Source: a virus
Length of the DNA: 64,000 nucleotides
IMG/VR virus record: IMGVR_UViG_3300021963_000037
Span: 32,001 to 96,000 of that record
Strand: one strand, 5' to 3'
The position numbers and the translations under genes are program-made. Position 1 is the stretch's first letter. The number at the start of each line of letters is the position of its first letter. The notes under the pieces were generated by a model that saw only the letters and a program-made list of their open reading frames with translations, did not search any database and was not told where the DNA came from. Positions 9,757 through 19,562 of the stretch are shown one piece after another.

Positions 9757-11058
9757 ATGTCAGCATTCTTAGATTTAGATAGATTTAGAAAATCCGGACT
9801 TCTTTCAAAAGGAGCTACTGGTGGAGTTGATATGTCATCATATCAGGATCCGACATATTTATCTTTTACATTATTGTTTGACACTAGTTATAATTCACCT
9901 TTATTTAATGGTGAAGCCGAAGGTTTTATTAAAAAGCATCTTTCTGGTAATTCTGGCGGAGGACTAAATATTACTAAATATGAACATAAATTAAGTTCTC
10001 TTCTTGCATTTAAAGAAGCTTTATTTAAAATCAATAGTGAAATGCCATGGCATTGGCAATCTCTAGGCGGTATTGATCGATTAACTCAATTTACGCCCGA
10101 AAATGCTTATTTTGGTGGAGACGATGCTAAACTAATAATTGGTTGTTTAGAAACTATTAATTTAAATATTGCAGGTCTAATGCAACTTTACCGTAAAGCT
10201 GTATGGGACGAATCAAGATGGTCTTATGTGTTACCTCCAAACTTAAGAAAGTTTAACATGTACATCTATGTTTCTGATATTAGAGGGATATACGATAACT
10301 CTGCAGAAGGAGTTATAACTGGCGAGAATAATCGTCCATTTTTTATGTATGAACTTAGATATTGTGAATTTAATTTAGCTGAAAGTGGACACAAATCATT
10401 TGCTGATTTATCTGCTTCAGCACCTGAAGTTGCTGCAAATGAAATTACAATTAATTATCAAAGAGTTTATGACGTTGATGCAAGAGCATTAAATGGTGCT
10501 GTGTTTATGAGTAAAGATATTCAAAAAGGAAATCCAACTGCTTATAAAAACATAATTGCTCCAACTACTGAAATGGAAACATTGTTAGATCAAGGTGAAC
10601 GTAATCTTGATGATCCGGATGCTGGAATAGATAAAGCAACAGCAGATAAAATTGAAGAGATGGGAAAAAACACGGATCCTGCTGCTGAAAGAAAATTATC
10701 CTTTAAACAAAATATGTCTAAAGGATTTAAAAATCTTAAAAACAAGGCAAAGGATCAAGCTAAAGCGTACGGTAAAAGAGCTCAAGAAGATTTAAAAAGA
10801 ATGGCTAAATCTAAAATGGAAGAAGCTGAAATAGAAGCTAAAAGATATGTAAATAGGAGAATACCTAATTTAGAAAATATCTATGGTAAAACTATAAGAG
10901 CGTTGGATGCTGCAACTGACATTAAAGGAATTGCAGGTGGTATTGAAAGCGTCGTTGGTAAAAATGTCCATTTTCTAGATGGAACTCCAATCGTTGATGT
11001 TTTAAATAAGGCAAATAGAGACGCATTAATTAATATAGGAAACGTATATAAAAAGTAA
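9757..11058 (+). CDS. Structural protein, possibly tail-tube-fold (gp48/gp54-like)
   Basis: In the baseplate cluster; AATATATA at 9745; alternating beta-strand pattern in the N-terminal half. Confidence 0.4.
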   Translation: MSAFLDLDRFRKSGLLSKGATGGVDMSSYQDPTYLSFTLLFDTSYNSPLFNGEAEGFIKKHLSGNSGGGLNITKYEHKLSSLLAFKEALFKINSEMPWHWQSLGGIDRLTQFTPENAYFGGDDAKLIIGCLETINLNIAGLMQLYRKAVWDESRWSYVLPPNLRKFNMYIYVSDIRGIYDNSAEGVITGENNRPFFMYELRYCEFNLAESGHKSFADLSASAPEVAANEITINYQRVYDVDARALNGAVFMSKDIQKGNPTAYKNIIAPTTEMETLLDQGERNLDDPDAGIDKATADKIEEMGKNTDPAAERKLSFKQNMSKGFKNLKNKAKDQAKAYGKRAQEDLKRMAKSKMEEAEIEAKRYVNRRIPNLENIYGKTIRALDAATDIKGIAGGIESVVGKNVHFLDGTPIVDVLNKANRDALINIGNVYKK

Positions 11059-11060
11059 TA

Positions 11061-11789
11061 ATGGCTACAGTTGATGAAATAGGTGGTAGTGATAATATTA
11101 GGGACACTCATTGGCTTGGTAAAGTTGTTGAAAATAAAGACCCATTGAAAAATGGAAGATGTAAAGTCATGGTCTTTGGTAAATTTGATAACGTTCCAAC
11201 TGAAGATATTCCCTGGGCAGCATGTGGAAATAGAAATGCTGTAGGATCCCATGCGATTCCTAATATTGATGATATTGTTTCAATCCGTTTTGATAACGGT
11301 AATTTATATCATCCTGAATATTTTTATCAGGTTAATCAACGTAAAGCCTTAAAATCTGAAGTTTTAGATGCTCTATCAGAAGATGAAGCGCAACAAACAA
11401 TCTCATTAGTATACGATGAAATCCGTAACATCAGGATCTATCATTCTCCTAAAGATGGTATAATTATCACACGAGGTAAGGGTGCCAAGGAGAGACCCCT
11501 AATACAAATCGATGAAAAGAATAATATTAAAATAAGCACTGATACTAAAATCTTTTTAGATTCAGGTAACATATTCCTATCAAATACTGGAGAAGCATCG
11601 GAAGATGAGAAAGAACCCGCTGTTCGTGGAGTTTCTTTAGAAAAATGGTTAAATGTTCTATTAGATGATTATCAAAAGCACATTCATCCAACTCCAACTG
11701 GTCCTTCAGGACCTCCATCTCCTCCAACACCGTCAACAATCGGTCAGTTGAAAGGAAAGCACAAAGATTACCAGCAAAAAGGTAAATAA
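11061..11789 (+). CDS. gp5: Baseplate central spike (gp5 OB-fold / gpV-like)
   Basis: WLGKVVENKDPLKNGRCKV, IPWA, and a C-terminal HIHPTPTGPSGPP (HxH metal tip); no lysozyme domain seen. Confidence 0.85.
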   Translation: MATVDEIGGSDNIRDTHWLGKVVENKDPLKNGRCKVMVFGKFDNVPTEDIPWAACGNRNAVGSHAIPNIDDIVSIRFDNGNLYHPEYFYQVNQRKALKSEVLDALSEDEAQQTISLVYDEIRNIRIYHSPKDGIIITRGKGAKERPLIQIDEKNNIKISTDTKIFLDSGNIFLSNTGEASEDEKEPAVRGVSLEKWLNVLLDDYQKHIHPTPTGPSGPPSPPTPSTIGQLKGKHKDYQQKGK

Positions 11790-11825
11790 TTAATTCAGAT
11801 AAATATCTTATAAAAATATAGAATC

Positions 11826-13631
11826 ATGCCTGCACAGTGGCCAATATTTATAAATAACGTATCATCAAAACTAGCAAGTCGATCTTCTAAAGGAGCCGAT
11901 GACTTTGGTACGTTTATGGCTAACGAATACTTCAACGCAGTCAAGACCGCACAAACGCCATTTGGAAATCTTCATCAATCAGGTCAAAAGGTAATATTAG
12001 AACAAGGATTTAAAAAAGCATTTAACAATTTATTTAAATCAACAGCACCAACTCTCGAAGACAAGATTAAAGATCCAAATTTTTCTGATTTATTAGAAGC
12101 TTTACCAGTTCCGAAAAAATATAATGCCGAAGCTGAATTTAGAAAATGGACTATAGCAAAAGGTAATGCTTTACCTGATATTAAGTTCTATGAATTCTTT
12201 CCACCTCCGTCTGAACAAGTTGACTTAAAATCAAAAGGTAAAGATGCAAAATTAACGGAAGCTGATATATTTGGAACCTCAATTGATGCTAATCAACCAA
12301 TATTAACTTTTACCGGGACTGGCGGAATTGCACCATATAGATTCACGTACACTCTAAATGATGGCGAACCTATTGAAATTCTCTCAGACGAATTTGGATT
12401 CTATAATTTGTATGTTCCATTTGATACTCCTGGAAAACTAAAATATACTCTTACAAATGTTGTTGACTCAGCATTTCCAGATATTCAGCATCCATTAAGT
12501 CAAACTGTTGAAGTGAATATTCCAAAAGATGCTACTAAAGAGGCTAGTATTGTTAATGGCACTGAAAAAACTAAGCTAATATTAACAGAAGACCAGAAAT
12601 TTGAACTACTTGTAAAAAGAGTTTTGTATCAAAATGATGGCGATATAAAGTTTGTTCGATTTCTTACTAGACTTTCTTTAGCATATGAATCTGTTTATGG
12701 TAAAAAAATAGGAGATAAATGCCTTAGCATATTAGGAGCTGTTGATATAAAAACTATCACTAATCAAATCACTAAAAAATATACGGATTTGTATGATGCT
12801 AAAGTTTTAGTTCCAAAGCCTGGAACCGTAAATACTACGTTTATTGAATATCAAGTAAAAATCGGTAGCAAATTATATAACAGAAGAATTAGTGTTGGTG
12901 ATTATTTAAAAACAGTTGCTGACAAAATAAAAACAGAATCTGATACCGAGTACATTAAGCGTAATTCAAATCTTAAAACTGATTTAACAAATCCATTGAA
13001 TAAAAAACTTATTCAATTAGAATATAATGACGATAAAGACGTTTGGCCTACATGGTTGACCGATTATTTTATTTGTAAATTTTGTTATGTTCCTGGGATT
13101 GATGATATAACCGAAGAAAAACATTCTAAAGCAAATAATACTGACGAGAACGAAAGAATTGAGCTAAAGAAAAAATTGTATGCTCTAGATCGAGACAAAT
13201 ATAATGCTTTAAAAAGACAGTGGATTGATGAACTTGCTGTATCTGAAAAGAAAGATGCTGATCCAGATTCTGAAGCAGATCCTTATGATACTATGGCTAA
13301 AACCATTATTCAATATTGGATGTCTTGCACTGTTCAACCATTTAAAAACTCGCCACCTATTCCACCATGTAATATTCCCTCACCGGGAACTTATATTCCA
13401 TTATACTATGGAAGTCAAAAATCTTTAGCCAAAAATCTTAGAAGAGCATGGAACACAGGAAAATTAGCTCAGCTCGAACCATTAACACAACCTGTAACTA
13501 AAGCAGTTGCTTCTGCTGTTGCAGTTTGTTGTGCTAAACATCTTATGGAACTTAAATTTATTTATGTCGGACAATTAACAGTCGGTACTGCAACGATACC
13601 TATGATTGGATTTGTACCAACGTCTTTTTAA
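11826..13631 (+). CDS. Putative virion structural protein
   Basis: 601 aa after the spike gene; GATAAATA at 11798; Ig-like segment TGTGGIAPYRFTYTLN. Confidence 0.5.
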   Translation: MPAQWPIFINNVSSKLASRSSKGADDFGTFMANEYFNAVKTAQTPFGNLHQSGQKVILEQGFKKAFNNLFKSTAPTLEDKIKDPNFSDLLEALPVPKKYNAEAEFRKWTIAKGNALPDIKFYEFFPPPSEQVDLKSKGKDAKLTEADIFGTSIDANQPILTFTGTGGIAPYRFTYTLNDGEPIEILSDEFGFYNLYVPFDTPGKLKYTLTNVVDSAFPDIQHPLSQTVEVNIPKDATKEASIVNGTEKTKLILTEDQKFELLVKRVLYQNDGDIKFVRFLTRLSLAYESVYGKKIGDKCLSILGAVDIKTITNQITKKYTDLYDAKVLVPKPGTVNTTFIEYQVKIGSKLYNRRISVGDYLKTVADKIKTESDTEYIKRNSNLKTDLTNPLNKKLIQLEYNDDKDVWPTWLTDYFICKFCYVPGIDDITEEKHSKANNTDENERIELKKKLYALDRDKYNALKRQWIDELAVSEKKDADPDSEADPYDTMAKTIIQYWMSCTVQPFKNSPPIPPCNIPSPGTYIPLYYGSQKSLAKNLRRAWNTGKLAQLEPLTQPVTKAVASAVAVCCAKHLMELKFIYVGQLTVGTATIPMIGFVPTSF

Positions 13632-13677
13632 AAAATTAATATATAATCAAGTAGTTCACCTTTAATTAAATAAACAA

Positions 13678-14883
13678 ATGTTACAAGAATTAACAAAACA
13701 AAAAACAGAGGTCTTAACCAATAAAAATGTTGGTTTAGCAGATTTCGATTGGGACGCTCACACAGCAGATTGCCCTAGCAGAATGAGGAAAGGAAACCCT
13801 CACGTTAAAGTTCCTAAAGGAGTTAAAGTCTTCTCAATGTCAAAAGACGCACAGGTACAATATGAAATGTACAACAATTCTCTCAAGGATTTTGTATCTA
13901 ATATTTCAATTGGAGACCATCTAAAAGGTAAAATCTGGTCAGTAGATTCTCGTTGGGCATCGATCGATGTTGGACATAGAGAATTTGTTTACATTGATTT
14001 AGACCGAGAATCAAATGCATTCAAAAAACTTATTGTTAAGGACGCGGAATTTACCGTTAAAATAGTTGGAGACCATGCATTAAAAGGATTCTGTGTTGGA
14101 TCTGTTACAGAAGGAACTAGACAAGCGGTGTTTAATGAGTTATTAGCATCTGCTAAAACTGAAAGTACAGCATATGCTGGTAGAATTGAACAAATGATTC
14201 CAGGTGGAGGTTACATGGTAACAGTACAAGGTATTGAATGTTTCATGCCAGGTTCATTAGCTGGAATTAATAAACTTGCAAATTTTGAATCAATTATCGG
14301 AACAGATATGTATGTTGTTCCAGTATCTTTCTCACATGACAAAGGGACAATCGTAGTTTCTCACCGTAAATATCTACAAGCAATGATTCCTCAAGAAATT
14401 GAGACGCTTAGATCTAACATTGAAAATGAACAAGATGGTTATGTTACAGGTTCAACTAAATACGGAGTATTTGTTGAATTTAATGGTTGCTTAACTGGTA
14501 TGATTCACATCAATGATTTAGCATCTGATACTGCTGAATTATATGCAAAAGGAGAGTTACACCCTGGTACTCCAGTTAAATTCTTTGTTAAGGATATTAT
14601 ATCAACAACAAAGATTACATTAACACAGAAAACTGATTCAATGGTTAACCCATGGAACGGTGCGGCTTCAAGATATAAAGTACCAGTTGAGGTACAAGGA
14701 ACAATTAGATCTATTAAAGATTATGGATTGTTTATCGAAATCGAGGAGGGTATTACAGGACTTTTACATTCTAGCGAATTAAGTGGAATTGATACAACTC
14801 ATTTGAAAAAAGGAGATCCAATTACAGTATTAGTAAATAGAATCGAAGAGGAAACAAGAAAGGTATTTCTCAAGTTAGTTTAA
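13678..14883 (+). CDS. rpsA: Ribosomal protein bS1 homolog (about four S1 domains)
   Basis: CFMPGSL, IVVSHRKYL, YGVFVEFNGCLTGMIHINDL, DYGLFIEIEEGITGLLHSSEL, NPW; N-terminal DFDWDA. Confidence 0.88.
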   Translation: MLQELTKQKTEVLTNKNVGLADFDWDAHTADCPSRMRKGNPHVKVPKGVKVFSMSKDAQVQYEMYNNSLKDFVSNISIGDHLKGKIWSVDSRWASIDVGHREFVYIDLDRESNAFKKLIVKDAEFTVKIVGDHALKGFCVGSVTEGTRQAVFNELLASAKTESTAYAGRIEQMIPGGGYMVTVQGIECFMPGSLAGINKLANFESIIGTDMYVVPVSFSHDKGTIVVSHRKYLQAMIPQEIETLRSNIENEQDGYVTGSTKYGVFVEFNGCLTGMIHINDLASDTAELYAKGELHPGTPVKFFVKDIISTTKITLTQKTDSMVNPWNGAASRYKVPVEVQGTIRSIKDYGLFIEIEEGITGLLHSSELSGIDTTHLKKGDPITVLVNRIEEETRKVFLKLV

Positions 14884-14929
14884 ATCTTAACTGGATATAT
14901 ATAGTGAACATAACTATATAAATCCATAA

Positions 14930-16228
14930 ATGATTAACTTAAGTGATTCAGAGATTCTTCAAAAAGGTCTCGTAGGAATAGAATTCGAATTCTATGCAAA
15001 TGTATCTTTAGAAGAGACAGCCAAACAATTAGCTGAAACTCTAGGAAAAAAGATTAGAATCGAGAAAAAACATCATAGTGATTTTACTCCAAATCAAAAG
15101 GAGTTTAAAATCGAACCAGATATGAGTGGTGGCGCCGGACTAATGGAATTAGTTACCGGCGCTTTGCCATATTCTGAGGGTAGAATGATTATTATTAAAG
15201 TTTGTGATTGGATTAATAAGAATGGATATACTACAAACCGTTCTTCAATTCATTTAAACTTAAGCTTTGATTCTAAATTAACAGGTAATAGATACCAAAT
15301 CTCTAGAATGAGTCCACTTAAATTCATTTTAGATTTTAATGAAGAACAAGTATGGAAATCGTTTCCGGGTAGAAAAGATTCTGCTTATGCAAAATCAATT
15401 AAGTTTGTTCTTCCAAGAACAGAAACTTATGTATATGATGGAAATCATATTAGCCAAAACAATTTCATTTTCCCTCAATCTAAATATTATGGAGTAAACT
15501 TTGAAAAGTTACAAAAGAATTATTTAGAATTTAGATATTTAGGAGGAGAAGATTGGCACAAGAAGCAAACAAAAATCTTAACTCTTTTAGATTCATTTTT
15601 AATGCAGCTTTGGAAAACTTCAACTGATGATGGATTTACTAGTAACAATAGATTAGAACTTAAAAAGATTCTTACTAAAAATAAGAGAATTATTGATTCT
15701 CGAGTTGATTGGAGAAACATTGAAAAAGGTTGGAACGGTGTTGAATTAACCGTAGACCTTGATAAAGACGAGAGAGTTATTGATATTTACTGGCCGCAAA
15801 TCAAAGACCAAGTGATGAACTTATTCACCAATGGTCAACTTACTAAGGGTAAGATTAACTATGACTCAGATACTGGAAGAGTTCAGGTTGAAGGCGGTGA
15901 ATTACCATATTGTTTCGGAATCATGAACTATGAATTTATCAAATGTAGTATTATGGGAGAACTTACATATTGTGATATATTTCAATGTGATGTTAAAGCT
16001 TCCGATATTCGTTCATGTAATTTCTATCAAGGTACTCAAATTAATGGTTCTAAAATCGGATCATCTTATGTCAATAAAAGTTGTGTAGCAACAAATTGTT
16101 ACGTATATGGAGTTGACGGAGTATTTAGTGGACAAATGAATGATGGTATCTTTAGAGAGGGTAAATATACAAAATCTGCGATATTTAAAGATACTGAAAT
16201 AATTACATCAACAAAAATAGCTGGATAA
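14930..16228 (+). CDS. Putative amidoligase (COOH-NH2 ligase) with C-terminal repeat region
   Basis: GIEFEF, IEPDMS, MELVT, SIHLNLS, KYYGVN, YLEFRYLGG; GATATATA at 14894. Confidence 0.75.
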   Translation: MINLSDSEILQKGLVGIEFEFYANVSLEETAKQLAETLGKKIRIEKKHHSDFTPNQKEFKIEPDMSGGAGLMELVTGALPYSEGRMIIIKVCDWINKNGYTTNRSSIHLNLSFDSKLTGNRYQISRMSPLKFILDFNEEQVWKSFPGRKDSAYAKSIKFVLPRTETYVYDGNHISQNNFIFPQSKYYGVNFEKLQKNYLEFRYLGGEDWHKKQTKILTLLDSFLMQLWKTSTDDGFTSNNRLELKKILTKNKRIIDSRVDWRNIEKGWNGVELTVDLDKDERVIDIYWPQIKDQVMNLFTNGQLTKGKINYDSDTGRVQVEGGELPYCFGIMNYEFIKCSIMGELTYCDIFQCDVKASDIRSCNFYQGTQINGSKIGSSYVNKSCVATNCYVYGVDGVFSGQMNDGIFREGKYTKSAIFKDTEIITSTKIAG

Positions 16229-16230
16229 AA

Positions 16231-17064
16231 ATGAGTGATATTAATCAAAGCAATATAGGAACCATAACAACTCCACCTTCATGGGATAATGAGTGTTATA
16301 ATAATTTCGTAAATGAATTAGCTGACGATATTACAGGATCTTGTATGATACCTATGAATTTACCTAAAAAAGAAGTTCAGAATATTATACAACGCGCAAA
16401 GAAATGGTTCTTTAAAAATTATGAATATTCTGTAAGAGAAAGTTTTATAGGTATTCCTAAACAAGTTTTCGATACTGAATATTTTAAAAGAACTAGATCG
16501 TTAACTTTACCAAAAGAGAATCCATTAACCGGAGGAGGAGAAGTATATTCAGTATTTGGTGTTAGGTCAACTGGATCTAGATTTGGTGCTGGAACTTCAG
16601 TAACATTTACAACTGGAGACTTTGCATTAGAGAGAATGATGTATGGTGGTCTTTATGGAGGTACCGGTACTGTATCAGGTGCTGAAAATTTACAGTATTA
16701 TGTTATTAACGAAAGTTATTTTGATTTAGTTAGACAAATCTTAGATAACCCTTACAGTTTTCACTATAGTCAATTAACACATGAACTTCGTTTTACTGGT
16801 GAAATTCCTAACAGAGATACTATATTAGAAATATATGAAACTGTACCACAATGTGCTTTATTTGCAGACGAAATCTTTTTTAGATACTGTGCTGCTAAAA
16901 TTAAAATATCTCTAGGAAATAAAATGGGGATCTTTGGATTCAATCTTCCTGGTAATATATCAATCAATGCTGACAATATTCAATCTCTTGGAGAAGCTGA
17001 ACTTGAAAGAGTTCTTGAAGAAATTAAAGGAGATGAAGGTGTTGATTGGATGATGCACTCATAA
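16231..17064 (+). CDS. gp13: Neck protein (gp13-like)
   Basis: C-terminal RYCAAKIKISLG...FNLPGNISINADNIQSLGEAELE aligns by eye with gp13-family LPGGVTLNG. Confidence 0.75.
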   Translation: MSDINQSNIGTITTPPSWDNECYNNFVNELADDITGSCMIPMNLPKKEVQNIIQRAKKWFFKNYEYSVRESFIGIPKQVFDTEYFKRTRSLTLPKENPLTGGGEVYSVFGVRSTGSRFGAGTSVTFTTGDFALERMMYGGLYGGTGTVSGAENLQYYVINESYFDLVRQILDNPYSFHYSQLTHELRFTGEIPNRDTILEIYETVPQCALFADEIFFRYCAAKIKISLGNKMGIFGFNLPGNISINADNIQSLGEAELERVLEEIKGDEGVDWMMHS

Positions 17065-17083
17065 AAATAACGATACATACTAA

Positions 17084-17443
17084 ATGGAATTGTATATTAA
17101 GACGAATGGGGATCCTAATTATGATCCGACAAAATTGCAATCTGACAGCAGAATTGCAACGCTGTTGGCTCAAATTGATGTGATTCTTTTCACAAGAAAA
17201 GGAGAAGTCATCGGTTCACCAGCTCTTGGTTGCAATTTAGAAGACCTGGTATATAGCCTAAATTACAATGATTCTCAAATAAAAAATGAAATAGAATCTC
17301 AACTTGCAAGATACGTTCCGCTTGCTGCGGAAATGAATGTAACAGTTGACGTTGATTTTGATACCGCATCTCCTGACCGTGATGCTATCTTTATTAATAT
17401 TAATATCGATGGGGGTAAAGAATCAGTGCAAGTTGAAATATAA
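17084..17443 (+). CDS. gp25: Baseplate wedge subunit gp25
   Basis: ILFTRKGEVIGSPALGCNLEDLVY...IESQLARYVP. Confidence 0.88.
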   Translation: MELYIKTNGDPNYDPTKLQSDSRIATLLAQIDVILFTRKGEVIGSPALGCNLEDLVYSLNYNDSQIKNEIESQLARYVPLAAEMNVTVDVDFDTASPDRDAIFININIDGGKESVQVEI

Positions 17444-17454
17444 ATAAAATTAAC

Positions 17455-19275
17455 ATGGCAAACCTAACATTTTTACAAAAAACTAGAATACAGGCGAATC
17501 AGTTATTAACTGATACGAAGACCTATATGTCTAGGCTATATACAAGATTAGGTGAGGTTTTTACACCAGCTTCTCCATTCTTTCAGATTGTTACAGTATT
17601 AACTGAAATATCTGAACTAATCTTCTTTTATATTGAAGATGCGACAGTTGAACAAAATATCCTAACAGCTCAGCAACCTGAATCTATTTATGGTCTTGCT
17701 AGATTAACTGGACATGATGCATTTAGAGGTTCTTCTGCAATCGGTGAAATTAAAATTAGATTAAATACGTCTTCAATTAATGAAATTGCCGGAGATGCAA
17801 TTACAATTCCAGCAAACGCCGTTATTAAATCAAACGGAAATGGATTAGAATATATTTTAAGAACAAATACTGATTTATTTAGAATTGAAAAGTCTAATTT
17901 TAATTATATCACAATCCCAATTATACAAGGTTCTCACGAAGCACAAACTGTAACTGGAACCGGTGCAGCGTTACAATCATTTAACTTAAACGTTAAAGAA
18001 TACACTGATCATTTTAATATTAGAGTTTCAGTTAATGGTCAATTATGGACCAAATATGATTCACTATATGATATGTTACCTTCGTCTAAAGGATATTTAG
18101 TTAAAACTGGAATTAATGGAGGTTTAGATCTTTATTTTGGTAATGGTTCCTTTGGAATGATTCCAGATGTTGGAACTTCTATTATGGTTGAATATATTAT
18201 GCATAAAGGTTTTACCGGAAATTTAAATGATTCTAAAGACCTTACCTTTAAATTTATAACTGAAGGTTCAGATTCTACTGGTCAAACTTACGATTTGAAT
18301 AAAATATTAGAAGTTTATTGTACTCAATCTCCTAAAATGGGATCAGATCCAGAGAATATTAAAACAACTAAGTTGATTGCTCCTTTAGCATCTAAATCTT
18401 TTGTGCTAGCAACGCCTGAAAATTACGAATACTTCCTATCAAGATATGGATTGTTCTCTTATTTAGATGCTTATAATACAACCGATGATGGATATATCGA
18501 TGATGATAATATCATCTATTTGTTCATGCTTCCTGATACTAAAAAGAAATTAACAAAGAATAAAGACTATTTTAGTTTGGATCTTAACGAGTTCTTCTTT
18601 TCTCAAGATGAGAAAAATGGAATTCTTGGAATATTAGAAAATTCAGGACAACAAATGGTTACAACTGAAGTTCAGATTGTAGATCCAACTCCTAAATATT
18701 ATAGAATGGATATTAAAGTTAGATACTTTGAAGGACACTCAAAGACTAATATTTATACAAACATACGAGCAAAAGTTTCAGAATATTTAATGAATATTAC
18801 AAGAAGAGATCGCTTACCAAAATCTGATTTAATAGCAATTATTGAAGGTGTTGATGGTGTTGACTCTGTAAATATTAGATTTGTATCAGAAGCTGAAGAA
18901 ACTGCTAGAAAAAATGGTTACTATGTTTCAAAAACAGTTACAGTAACTCCTTCCACACCAACATTAGAAACAATTGGAAATGGAAAACAAAAATTTGTAT
19001 TCTTTAAAAGAACTGTAACCGAAACTCAAGTTAATTTTGAACCAAATGCTGCTTTACCAGAATCGGTAATTGGATTAGATTCTTTTGGTGATATTATATT
19101 AGGAAAAGAGGAAGTAGCAATGTTCAGAGGAGGATGGATAGATCGAGAAGGTATTACAGTACCAGACGATGCTAGAGCTGGAGAACTTGCAGCATTATCT
19201 GTTTATTTTGATGAACCACCAGTTCCAATGACAATTTATTCATCAATACAAACTCAAAATAGAAAACAAATCTAA
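17455..19275 (+). CDS. gp6: Baseplate wedge subunit gp6 (baseplate J-like)
   Basis: TAQQPESIYGLARLTG, LYFGNGSFGMIP, GSDPE, TPENYE; TATAAATA at 17439. Confidence 0.85.
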   Translation: MANLTFLQKTRIQANQLLTDTKTYMSRLYTRLGEVFTPASPFFQIVTVLTEISELIFFYIEDATVEQNILTAQQPESIYGLARLTGHDAFRGSSAIGEIKIRLNTSSINEIAGDAITIPANAVIKSNGNGLEYILRTNTDLFRIEKSNFNYITIPIIQGSHEAQTVTGTGAALQSFNLNVKEYTDHFNIRVSVNGQLWTKYDSLYDMLPSSKGYLVKTGINGGLDLYFGNGSFGMIPDVGTSIMVEYIMHKGFTGNLNDSKDLTFKFITEGSDSTGQTYDLNKILEVYCTQSPKMGSDPENIKTTKLIAPLASKSFVLATPENYEYFLSRYGLFSYLDAYNTTDDGYIDDDNIIYLFMLPDTKKKLTKNKDYFSLDLNEFFFSQDEKNGILGILENSGQQMVTTEVQIVDPTPKYYRMDIKVRYFEGHSKTNIYTNIRAKVSEYLMNITRRDRLPKSDLIAIIEGVDGVDSVNIRFVSEAEETARKNGYYVSKTVTVTPSTPTLETIGNGKQKFVFFKRTVTETQVNFEPNAALPESVIGLDSFGDIILGKEEVAMFRGGWIDREGITVPDDARAGELAALSVYFDEPPVPMTIYSSIQTQNRKQI

Positions 19276-19559
19276 TGGCTCAAGAGCAGATAAATTTATA
19301 TGATGGATTATTCTCGGCTGGTTATGAAAGTATTTACGACTTCCATAACCAATCTGTCGATAATAGGAAAAACCTAGGACATGATTTTAGAAATTCTGTT
19401 TTGACAAAATCTATCTCAAACGCGCTATTAAGAAATCAATATCTTAGCGATTTTATCATCTTACTACAAGATGTTGTTGTTATGTATATTGATTCAGTAA
19501 CTCATTTAAAGGTTTATAAGAACTTCACGGTGAGTAAAAATTATAAGAAAATAAGATAA
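19275..19559 (+). CDS. Small baseplate-associated protein
   Basis: 94 aa, translationally coupled between gp6 and the gp7-like gene. Confidence 0.55.
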   Translation: MAQEQINLYDGLFSAGYESIYDFHNQSVDNRKNLGHDFRNSVLTKSISNALLRNQYLSDFIILLQDVVVMYIDSVTHLKVYKNFTVSKNYKKIR

Positions 19560-19562
19560 TAC

